DNA from: Deltaproteobacteria bacterium
Lineage (GTDB): Bacteria; Myxococcota_A; UBA9042
NCBI GenBank assembly: GCA_016218865.1
Contig: JACRCU010000311.1
Span: 1 to 62,843 of the forward strand
Direction: 5' to 3'
Length of the DNA stretch: 62,843 bases
Shown here: positions 17,393 through 25,639 of the stretch, piece by piece
How positions within the stretch are numbered: position 1 is the first letter of the stretch
How the letters are laid out: each line of letters begins with the position of its first letter
The notes under the pieces: generated by a model
Seen by the model: the letters and a program-made list of their open reading frames with translations, nothing else
Databases searched by the model: none
What the model was told of the DNA's origin: nothing
Position numbers and translations under genes: made by a program

Positions 17393-18886
17393 CTAGAATC
17401 CTGACTTGAGCGGCACGCGGTCGACGGTATGGGCCAGCAAATTCCAGGCCGCCAGATAGGCGCCCTCGGCGCCCAAGCCGCAAAAGCTTGCATCGCCGCC
17501 GATGAGGATGTTCTTGTAGCCCGTGGTGGTGGCCAGCGGGCTGGTGCCGACGGTGTGGGCAATGGCCTCGCCGTAGCCCGGCTGCAGCTCGCCCGGATCG
17601 ATGTCCTCGGCGCCGTCTTCGCCCCGCTGCAGCCACGGCGTGTGGCGGTGCAGCAGGTGCTCGCCCAGGAAGGGCAAGGTGTCCTCGACGCGTTTCTGCA
17701 GGCGGTCGAGGAGCATGCGTGCTGCCGGCGCGCCGCCCGAGGCCACGCTGATCGGCACCCGCATCGCCGCCGAGATCAGCCGCACCTCGCGATCGTCGGC
17801 GCTGGTGCCGATGTCGGCGTCGCGGGCGATGTGGATCAGGTTGTCCTCTTCCAGCGACTGGCTCAGGTCGGCCACCGCGAACACGTGGCGGGCCATCGCC
17901 TCGGGCACGGCGCGGGCGCGCACCACGAAATTGCCCACGAAGGTGTGGCAGATTGGCTGCAACGTGTGCAGAACGTGATGGTATTCTTCGTTCTGTTGCT
18001 CTTGCGGGATGAGCGCGGCAAAGCGCTTGGGGTCCATGTTGCAGACCACCATCTCGCAGCCGATCACCTCGCGGCGGTCGCGCAAGACCACACTCTGTGC
18101 CTTGCCGCGGTGCACCTGGATCGACGACACCATCGCCCGCGGTCGCACGTCGCCCGAGGTCTGGATGATCGACGAGAACAGATCGCGCAGCGCGTTGGGC
18201 CCGCGGTCGAACACGGCCGTGCCGCGCCACAGTTCGGTGACGGCGCGCACGAAGGTGGCCGGGTAGGGCCGTGCCGGCACCATCCCCGACACGAAGCGGA
18301 ACGGCGCCTGCACGAACGCGCGAAACGGGTGGCCGTGGGCAAAGCGCGCCAGCGGGTCTTCCAGCGCCCACTCGTCGTCCAGGATCGGGTACTTCTTGAC
18401 CAGCGAGCGGAAGCGGAAGGTCTCGACCAGACCCGTGGGGGGCAGCACCGGGCGGACCTTCAGCACCTCGTCGACCTGGCCGTCGATCTCGCTGACGCGG
18501 CGGAAGAACACGCCGATCTCGGAGTCCAGACCGGGGAATTCGCGGCGCAGCTCGCGCTCGAGCAGGCGCGGCTCGGTGCCGACGTTGATGCGCGCCTTGG
18601 GCAGCACCACCTGGAAGGCCGGCTCCAGCGGCCGCGGCAGGTTGCGCAGCTCCAGGCCCAGGCTCAGCTCGTCGAACACGCGGCGGGCCGCCAGCGAGCC
18701 CAGGGCGTAGTTCAAGTCCAGGCGCCGGCACAGGGTGTGGCCCTGGTGCTCGTACAGCGCCCCACTGCTGCCGTGCGCCACCACCAGCACGCGGTAACCG
18801 CGCTTGGCGCAAAGCGCACCAAAGATCAGCCCGGCCAGGTCGGTGCCGATGATGACGACGCTGTAGTGGGAAGAGACCTGGCTCAC
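17393..18886 (-). CDS. phytoene-desaturase/amine-oxidase-like FAD/NAD(P) oxidoreductase homologue with atypical dinucleotide motif
   Basis: The N-terminal YSVVIIGTDLAGLIFGALCAKRGYRVLVVAHG is Rossmann-like, but GxGxxG reads GTDLAG. The C-terminal ILIGGDASF is typical of the family. Confidence 0.7.
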   Translation of the reverse strand: MSQVSSHYSVVIIGTDLAGLIFGALCAKRGYRVLVVAHGSSGALYEHQGHTLCRRLDLNYALGSLAARRVFDELSLGLELRNLPRPLEPAFQVVLPKARINVGTEPRLLERELRREFPGLDSEIGVFFRRVSEIDGQVDEVLKVRPVLPPTGLVETFRFRSLVKKYPILDDEWALEDPLARFAHGHPFRAFVQAPFRFVSGMVPARPYPATFVRAVTELWRGTAVFDRGPNALRDLFSSIIQTSGDVRPRAMVSSIQVHRGKAQSVVLRDRREVIGCEMVVCNMDPKRFAALIPQEQQNEEYHHVLHTLQPICHTFVGNFVVRARAVPEAMARHVFAVADLSQSLEEDNLIHIARDADIGTSADDREVRLISAAMRVPISVASGGAPAARMLLDRLQKRVEDTLPFLGEHLLHRHTPWLQRGEDGAEDIDPGELQPGYGEAIAHTVGTSPLATTTGYKNILIGGDASFCGLGAEGAYLAAWNLLAHTVDRVPLKSGF

Positions 18887-19016
18887 GCGACCCGCTTGCC
18901 GCCTCCTCCACCTGGGGCGGCGCGCGCAAGCCTAGCGCAACAGGGCCTGCGGCGCCATTGTCGCCACGGGCTTGCGCTGCGGGTTCGGCAGGGTAGGCTT
19001 GCCGGCGAGGCAGGCG

Positions 19017-20423
19017 ATGGACGGCGGGCAACGACACGCGGGGCGGGCAAGCAAGTGGGCTCCGCCGCTGCTGGTCGCGGCGGCGTGGCTGATCAGCACC
19101 CTGGCGGCGCACCACCTGGGGCTTGCGCTGCAGGCGGATCTGGGTCGCAGCTGGCAAGTGTTGGACCTGGGTGCGCTGCGCGACCACCTGGGCCAGAGTC
19201 TGTGGTACCAGCACAGTCAGCCGCCGCTGTGGAACTTGCTGATCGGTGGGCTGCTCCGCGCTGGTGTGGATCCGGGCGGTGCATTGGTGCACGCCGCGTT
19301 CGACGCGGTCGGCCTTGCCATCGCGCTGCTGACTTGGCGCACCGCGATCGGTCTCGGCGCCGGTCGCTGGTGGGCAGCGCTCGCGGCCTGCCTGTTGCTG
19401 GCGTCGCCGGGCTTTGCCTTGACGATCCACTGGTTGTTCTACGATGCGCCGGTTACGCTGGGGATCCTGGCGCTGCTGCTGAGCTTGGCTGCGGCCGCCG
19501 ACCGGCCGACGCTGCCGCGCCTGGCGGCGCTGACTCTGACGGTCGCGGGGCTGGTCTGGCTGCGAAGCGTCTTTCATTTTGCCTGGTTGCTTGGTCTGCT
19601 CGCCCTGGTGCTGGCCGACCGCGCGCTGCCGCGGCGGCGGCTCCTGGGGGCCTTGGCGGTGGCGCTGCTGCTGGCGACACTGCCGTTTGTCAAGAATGCC
19701 GCGGTGTTCGGAACCTTCTCTTCCAGTTCCTGGGCCGGCATGAGCGTGCAGCGGCTCACCAAGACCATGCTGAGCCCGGCGGAATTGCAGGCTGAGATCG
19801 CCGCCGGCCAGCTGGCGCCCAGCAGCGCCGTCGGGCCGTTCCAGCCGCTCGAACGCTACGGTCCGCTGCCCAAAGTCCCCGCCGATCTGGCGGCGATCGC
19901 CGTGCTCAGCGCTCCGCACAAGGCCACTGGCGAGACCAACTTCAACCACTACGGCTACTTGGAGTTGTCCCGCCAGATGGCCGGCGACGCGGTGCGGCTC
20001 GCGCTGCGCCATCCCGGCGCCTACTTGCGGGCCCACGCCGCGGCGTGGCTGCAGTGGCTGCGGCCGACCGCCCTGGACACCAATTTGGGCGAAGGTCGCA
20101 AGGTGCTCCGTCCGTGGGTCGACGTGTGGGATCACTTGGTTCTGCTCGACGTCGGCCAGGTCTTCGTGCTGCTCGCCCTTGGCGCGCTGCTGGCCCTGGC
20201 TCTGCTTGTCGATCGCCTGCGGCCGCGCACCGTGGCCCAGCTGCCCGCCCCACAGCGCGCGCTTTGGCGGGCTGCGGCCTGGACCGCGCTGTGGATCACC
20301 TTGCTGGGCAATGCGGTAGAGTACGGCGAAAACTATCGCTTTCGCGCCTACATCGACCCGCTGCTGCTGGCGACCTTGGCCGTGGCGGCGACCCAGCTGC
20401 AATCCCGCTTGCGCAGGCCGTGA
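19017..20423 (+). CDS. polytopic GT-C-like (ArnT/PMT-like) membrane protein
   Basis: More than 10 predicted TM helices. The first periplasmic loop reads QSLWYQHSQPPLWNLL. The start is uncertain (the ORF opens at 18972, first ATG at 19017). It is divergent from the 17393..18886 operon. Confidence 0.5.
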   Translation: MDGGQRHAGRASKWAPPLLVAAAWLISTLAAHHLGLALQADLGRSWQVLDLGALRDHLGQSLWYQHSQPPLWNLLIGGLLRAGVDPGGALVHAAFDAVGLAIALLTWRTAIGLGAGRWWAALAACLLLASPGFALTIHWLFYDAPVTLGILALLLSLAAAADRPTLPRLAALTLTVAGLVWLRSVFHFAWLLGLLALVLADRALPRRRLLGALAVALLLATLPFVKNAAVFGTFSSSSWAGMSVQRLTKTMLSPAELQAEIAAGQLAPSSAVGPFQPLERYGPLPKVPADLAAIAVLSAPHKATGETNFNHYGYLELSRQMAGDAVRLALRHPGAYLRAHAAAWLQWLRPTALDTNLGEGRKVLRPWVDVWDHLVLLDVGQVFVLLALGALLALALLVDRLRPRTVAQLPAPQRALWRAAAWTALWITLLGNAVEYGENYRFRAYIDPLLLATLAVAATQLQSRLRRP

Positions 20424-20477
20424 AACTGCCGCACGATTCGCCCCCCGCTGCCGCTCCCTGGCAGCCAAGGTGCCGCG

Positions 20478-21356
20478 ATGGCCGAACCGAGCATGGACCC
20501 TCTGCAGGCCGGTTTCCCGCTGCTGAACAAGCGCGCCCTGCTGACCGTCGCCGGTGTGACCGCCCTGGTGTGGGTGACCGCCGCCATGACGGGCAGCATG
20601 ATAGTCCTCATCGGCGTTGGCATTTTGACCGCTGCGCTGGCCGGCCTGCTGTTCTGGGCGTGGCGCCAGGCGCAGAAGCAGACCAAGATGATGCAGCTCC
20701 TGCAGCAGGCCCAGGGCTCGCCCGAGGCCCGCAAGGCCGCGCTGGAGCAGCTGGCGGCCCAGGATCCCAAGGGGGCCGACGCCATCGGGCAGATCGCCAA
20801 GGCGCAGATCGAGGCCCAAGAGAACCCCGACAAAGCCCTGGAGACCCTGCAAACCATCGACTTGTCTAAGGTTCCGGCCGAGGCGGCCGATCAAGTTCGC
20901 ACCTTCCGCGCCCAACTGCTGCTGCTCAAGAACCGCACCCGCGAAGCCCGCGATCTGGCCGATCAGATCAACGTGCCGGCCAGCGGTCCCAAAGCGGCGC
21001 GGGCGATGATGGCGGCAGTGGTGGCCGAGTCCTATGCCCGCACCGGCAAGGCCGAGGCCGCCCTGACCCTGCTGGAAGAGTGGAAGCTCAGCGACCCCGA
21101 GCTGGAGCAGATGAAGCCGATGCTGCTGTACGCCAGCGTGTTTGCCAACTTTGCCGCGGGCAAGAAAGAGCGCGCCAAGAAAGACATGAAGGCGCTGATG
21201 GAACTGGACATGAACCTGCTCGGCCGCTTCGTCCAGCCCGGCCCCGGCATCCACATCGAGCTGCGGCAGATCGCCGGCGAGGTCCTGCAGGGGCACCCGG
21301 ACATGCGCAAGATGGCGCGCGCTCAGCAGAATATGATGCACAAGCGCATGCGCTGA
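20478..21356 (+). CDS. membrane-anchored helical-repeat protein
   Basis: Two N-terminal TM helices are followed by a TPR-like alpha-helical body. No family was recognised. Confidence 0.6.
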   Translation: MAEPSMDPLQAGFPLLNKRALLTVAGVTALVWVTAAMTGSMIVLIGVGILTAALAGLLFWAWRQAQKQTKMMQLLQQAQGSPEARKAALEQLAAQDPKGADAIGQIAKAQIEAQENPDKALETLQTIDLSKVPAEAADQVRTFRAQLLLLKNRTREARDLADQINVPASGPKAARAMMAAVVAESYARTGKAEAALTLLEEWKLSDPELEQMKPMLLYASVFANFAAGKKERAKKDMKALMELDMNLLGRFVQPGPGIHIELRQIAGEVLQGHPDMRKMARAQQNMMHKRMR

Positions 21357-21451
21357 CCGCCGCCGCAGGTCGAGCACCGCCAGCCGCCAGCAGAAGATCA
21401 GCTCGGATTTTGCCAGGTTGCGCGACCCGTGTGCCGCGCCGCGTCGGCGGC

Positions 21452-22495
21452 CTACGGGGTGAACAAGTACCACCACGCCGGCATCGGCGCGGGATCGCCG
21501 TCGCTGCCCGCCTGCAACTCGGCATCGGCGGCCACCGGACTCTCGCTCACCACGCCGTGGGCACTGCCAAATGCGCCCAGACCGGTGACCGGTGACCACG
21601 AGGTCCCCAGGCCCAGGGCGATCCAATTGGCCGAAATCTTGTTGAAGTCGCCGGCCGTCTTGTCTGCCAGGCCGAACCACGCACTGGCCGGCGTCTGCGC
21701 CGCGCTGGCGATCCACGCCGCCGGGCCCTGTGCCGTGCTGTCCAGCGGGCCCTGCAGCAGCACCACCCGCGCCACCTTGCGCACCTTGCCGATGAATCCG
21801 GCGTGGCCGGCGCCTTCGCCGTGGCCGACGACCACGATGTTCTGCCACAGCGGCGTGCTGCCGGCCACGTAGTTGCCCCAGCCCTGACCGGGGCGGTGCT
21901 TGACCAGCCACTGCAGGGCCAGGGCCAGGCGCTGCTCGATGCAGTTGTTGAAACCGACCTTGATCTTGTCGCTGCGGTCCTGGCCGTCGAGCACTTCGTG
22001 GCGCACGTACTCGTAGCAGGTGCTGTTCTCGCCGCACAGGCTGGCGGCGCTGGGGTTGGCGGGGTAGGCCAGACCCAGTACGCGGTGGCCGCGCTGGGCC
22101 GCCACCCACAGGATCTTTGAATAATCCTTGGGTTGCATGTTGCTGCCCGGCAGCAGCACCACCAGATCGCCGCTGCTCGGCACGGCGGGGTCGAAGATGG
22201 CCAAGTGGTCGCCGAATTCGCCGCTCACGCCCGTCTGGGTGTCGGTGGCGGGGACGAAGCTGTCGAGGGCGTCGGAGTTGGGGGCGGCGGTCGCATCGTC
22301 CGCGGTACCGCCCAGGTCGGCCGCGGCGTCGTTGGTCTTGCCGATGCCGCCGCCCGTGTCGCCCGCGAGCACGGTCGTTCCGCCGCTGCCCGGCGTGGGC
22401 ACAGGGTTCACCACACAGCCGGCCGGAATCAAGACCAGCCACCCGATCAGCCAGACCAAGGCGCGGGCCGTTGGGCGTGCGAGCGGTGCGATCAT
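21452..22495 (-). CDS. lipoprotein, alpha/beta-hydrolase-like with Ser-less nucleophile elbow
   Basis: ATG 22495 overlaps the upstream stop as ATGA (22495-22492). Lipobox LVLIPAGC followed by an acidic linker. IVVVGHGEGAG sits where GxSxG is expected. Confidence 0.65.
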   Translation of the reverse strand: MIAPLARPTARALVWLIGWLVLIPAGCVVNPVPTPGSGGTTVLAGDTGGGIGKTNDAAADLGGTADDATAAPNSDALDSFVPATDTQTGVSGEFGDHLAIFDPAVPSSGDLVVLLPGSNMQPKDYSKILWVAAQRGHRVLGLAYPANPSAASLCGENSTCYEYVRHEVLDGQDRSDKIKVGFNNCIEQRLALALQWLVKHRPGQGWGNYVAGSTPLWQNIVVVGHGEGAGHAGFIGKVRKVARVVLLQGPLDSTAQGPAAWIASAAQTPASAWFGLADKTAGDFNKISANWIALGLGTSWSPVTGLGAFGSAHGVVSESPVAADAELQAGSDGDPAPMPAWWYLFTP

Positions 22496-24396
22496 GGCGA
22501 TTCCTCTTGGGCTGCAGCAGCAACTTCTGGTGATTTTGCCAGTTCCGCCCCCATGTCGCCAGTTGCCTGGGTCGCGGGCAGACCGGCCTTGGCGTCGCTG
22601 ACGCGGTGGATCTGCGAATGCCGGCGGTCGCCGAATAGTGCACCGGGCGGTCGGCGCGGGAATTCCACAACGAAACGGGCGCCGCCCAGACTGGGGCTCC
22701 GCTCGACGCGCACGCGCCCGGCGTGGGCCTTGACGTGGCGCGCCACCGTCGCCAACCCCAGACCGGTGCCCTGCGAGCCCTTGGTGGTGTAGAACGGCTC
22801 GAAGATGCGCTCGCTGTCGGCGGGATCGATGCCGGGGCCGCTGTCGTCGACAGCCAGCTCCAGCCAATCGCCCTCGCTGCGCAGCGAGACGGCGACCTGG
22901 CGCTGTTCGACTTCTTGCACGGCGTGGGTGGCGTTGATGAGCAGGTTCCACAGCACCTGCCGCACCAGGGCGGCGTCGCCGATCAGCGTCCAGCGCTCGC
23001 CTGGGCCGTCGGGCGTGGCTGGCGGCATGAGCTGCACCCCAGTCGCCTGCACCGATGGGCTCTGCAGACACGCCTGCACCGTCTCGCACGCCAGGCTGTA
23101 CAGGTTCACCTCGCCGAACTGCAGCGGACGCGGGCGCGCAAAGTCCAGGAATTCACCGATCCACTCGGACAGCTGACCGGTCTCGCGCACCACGATGCCC
23201 ATCAGCAGCCGCTCGCTCTCGTCCAGCCGGCCCGCGCCTTGCAGCATCTGCACCGCTCCCGAAATCGACGCCAGCGGGTTGCGGATCTCGTGCGCCACCG
23301 CCGAAGCCAGCGAGCCCACCGCCGCCAAGCGCTCGCGGGCGCGATGCTCTTCTTCGCGGGCCCGGACGTCGGTCACGTCGCGCAGCACCAGCACGCGACC
23401 CCACTTGCCGCCGGGATCGCGCAACGGCGCTACGCGCACCGCCAGCATCTGCGGCTTGCCCCCGGCCGACTTGCGGGCGATCTGCTGGGTCGAATGGATG
23501 CTCTGCGGCTCGGGGCGCGCCAGCTCCCACTCGCCCGGCGGTCCGGCCAGGGCCTGCTCGATGTCGGGAACCGTCGCGGCCAGCGGGCGACCCAGCAGCT
23601 GTTGCCGGTCCATGCGCAAAATCATCTCGGCCGCCGGATTGGCCGCGGTCACCAGCCCGTTGGGGCCCACGGTAATCAAGCCGTCGGGCAGGCTGGTCAC
23701 CACATCTTCGTAGTGGACGCGCAGACTTGCCAGCTCACTGCGCTGCTGCTGCGCGCGCCGGCGGGCCCGTTCCAGCTCGCGAACCAGGTGCGAGGTCAGC
23801 ACTGCCGTGGCGTAGGCGGCGGCGACCTGCAGCGCAAGGTTGCTAGCAATCTCGAACGGTGTCGGGCTCTTGACCACCGGGAGCGCCGACAAGTACGCCA
23901 CCCGCAGCCGCGGCAGCGCCAGCCAGCCGATCTCGTCCAGCGACATCGCCACCATGCCGGCCGCCACCACACTGGCCGCCAGCAGCGAACCCAGCCTATT
24001 AAGTAGGATTGCGGCGTTGAGCACGGCCAGCGGCAAGCCGAACAGGAACAAGCTCTGCATGCCGCCGGTGGCGTGCACCAGCACCAGCGCCAGCACCTCG
24101 TCCAGCAGCACCGACGTCCAGGTCAGTCGGACCAAGAATCGGTTGTGATTCTGCCCAATTTGCGCGAGAAGCAGCAGGACGAAACTGACGCCATAGGCGA
24201 CCGCGGCCAGCTGGTACAGCAAGGTCTCGGGCGCGGCAGCGGCCTTCTGCGGCGCCATCCCCAGGTCCACGGCCACGGCAAAGGCCAGGACGCCGGTGAT
24301 GACCAGCACCCGCGCCAGCGTCGTCCACTTCAGGCGATCGACTAGGGTGTCGTCGGCCACGGCCGATTCGCCGACGGCGGGCTCCTGGTTGGGCAT
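22492..24396 (-). CDS. PilS-like sensor histidine kinase
   Basis: About 6 N-terminal TM helices, a PAS-like segment, H-box AHEIRNPLASISG, and the N/G1/G2 boxes of HATPase_c (WNLLINA, DSGPGI, GTGLGLA). It starts 6 nt downstream of pilC. Confidence 0.8.
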   Translation of the reverse strand: MPNQEPAVGESAVADDTLVDRLKWTTLARVLVITGVLAFAVAVDLGMAPQKAAAAPETLLYQLAAVAYGVSFVLLLLAQIGQNHNRFLVRLTWTSVLLDEVLALVLVHATGGMQSLFLFGLPLAVLNAAILLNRLGSLLAASVVAAGMVAMSLDEIGWLALPRLRVAYLSALPVVKSPTPFEIASNLALQVAAAYATAVLTSHLVRELERARRRAQQQRSELASLRVHYEDVVTSLPDGLITVGPNGLVTAANPAAEMILRMDRQQLLGRPLAATVPDIEQALAGPPGEWELARPEPQSIHSTQQIARKSAGGKPQMLAVRVAPLRDPGGKWGRVLVLRDVTDVRAREEEHRARERLAAVGSLASAVAHEIRNPLASISGAVQMLQGAGRLDESERLLMGIVVRETGQLSEWIGEFLDFARPRPLQFGEVNLYSLACETVQACLQSPSVQATGVQLMPPATPDGPGERWTLIGDAALVRQVLWNLLINATHAVQEVEQRQVAVSLRSEGDWLELAVDDSGPGIDPADSERIFEPFYTTKGSQGTGLGLATVARHVKAHAGRVRVERSPSLGGARFVVEFPRRPPGALFGDRRHSQIHRVSDAKAGLPATQATGDMGAELAKSPEVAAAAQEESP

Positions 24397-24402
24397 GGCG
24401 GG

Positions 24403-25611
24403 CTACTTGATGTTGTCGCCCATCGTAAAGATCGGCGCGTAGAGGGCGATCATGATGGTGCCGACGATGCCGCCCAGGACGAGCATGATGAGCGGCTCCA
24501 TCATCGACGTCATGCCATCGATGGCCTCGTCCACTTCCGAGTCGTAGAAGTCGGCGATCTTGCCCAGCATCACGTCCATGGCGCCGGTGGCCTCGCCCAC
24601 CGCGATCATCTGCACCACCATCACTGGAAAGATCTGGGTCTCCATCAGCGGGCCCGTCACGTTGCGGCCTTCCATGATCTTGTTGCGCGTGTAGTCCACG
24701 CCGCGCTCGACCACCAGGTTGCCAGACGTCTTGCCCACGATCGCCAGCGCTTCGATGATCGGCACACCGGCCGCCACCAGCGTGCCCAGGGTGCGGGTGA
24801 ACTTGGCCACCGCGCCTTTTTGCACCACGTTGCCGATGATCGGCCCGTGGAACAGCAGCCAGTCGCGGATGTACGGGCCCTGCTTGGTCTTCATCGCCAG
24901 CTTGTAGGCCACGCCCAGCGCCACCAGGCCCGCGCCCAGGAACGGCGCCTTGGCCAAGAAGCCGTCCGAGATGTCGACCACCGCCTGGGTGATGCCCGGC
25001 AGTTTGGCGCCCATCGACTGGAAGGTCGAAGCGAAACTCGGCACCACCTTCCACAACAGGCCCACGGTAATCGCCAGCGACACGGTGAGCACCGTCAGCG
25101 GGTACTTCATGGCGCCTTTGATCTTCTTCTGCGTTTCCGCGGCCTTTTCGATGTACTCGGCCAGGCGGTTCATGATGGTGTCCAAGATGCCGCCCATCTC
25201 GCCGGCCTGGACCAGGTTGACGTACAACTCTTCGAACACCTTGGGATACCGCTTGAGCGCGTCCGAAAACGACGAGCCGCCTTCCACCGACGCCTTGACG
25301 CCCAGGATGGTCTTCTTCAACTGCGGGTGCGGCTCCGAATTGCCCACCAGATCCAGCGCTTGTACCAGCGGCAGACCGGCGTCGATCATCGTCGCCATCT
25401 GCCTTGTGAAAATCACCATGTTCTTGGTGGGCACGCCGCCGCCCAGGCCGGGGATCGTCAGGTCGAGCTCGAGCTGCTTGCGCTTGAGCTTGATGATGTT
25501 GACGCCCTGCTGCTTGAGCTTGGTCCTGGCCTCGGCCTTGTTGGCGGCATCGACCTCGCCCCGGCGAAAATCACCTTCGGCGCTCGTCCCTTCCCATTGC
25601 CACATCGCCAT
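24403..25611 (-). CDS. pilC: type IV pilus platform protein PilC (GspF family)
   Basis: Two GspF repeats, with typical FTRQMATMIDAGLPLVQAL and FTRTLGTLVAAGVPIIEAL segments. Confidence 0.9.
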   Translation of the reverse strand: MAMWQWEGTSAEGDFRRGEVDAANKAEARTKLKQQGVNIIKLKRKQLELDLTIPGLGGGVPTKNMVIFTRQMATMIDAGLPLVQALDLVGNSEPHPQLKKTILGVKASVEGGSSFSDALKRYPKVFEELYVNLVQAGEMGGILDTIMNRLAEYIEKAAETQKKIKGAMKYPLTVLTVSLAITVGLLWKVVPSFASTFQSMGAKLPGITQAVVDISDGFLAKAPFLGAGLVALGVAYKLAMKTKQGPYIRDWLLFHGPIIGNVVQKGAVAKFTRTLGTLVAAGVPIIEALAIVGKTSGNLVVERGVDYTRNKIMEGRNVTGPLMETQIFPVMVVQMIAVGEATGAMDVMLGKIADFYDSEVDEAIDGMTSMMEPLIMLVLGGIVGTIMIALYAPIFTMGDNIK

Positions 25612-25639
25612 GGTGCACCCCTACCCGTCGGGCCGTTCG

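Noticed and set aside
17277-22670. A 1797-aa minus-strand ORF, the longest in the six-frame track.
   Set aside because: Its product is an Arg/Gly/Pro/Ala-rich low-complexity string that runs out of frame or antisense across six well-supported genes (FAD-oxidoreductase-like, GT-C-like, helical-repeat protein, lipoprotein and others). This is the typical open-frame artefact of high-GC DNA.
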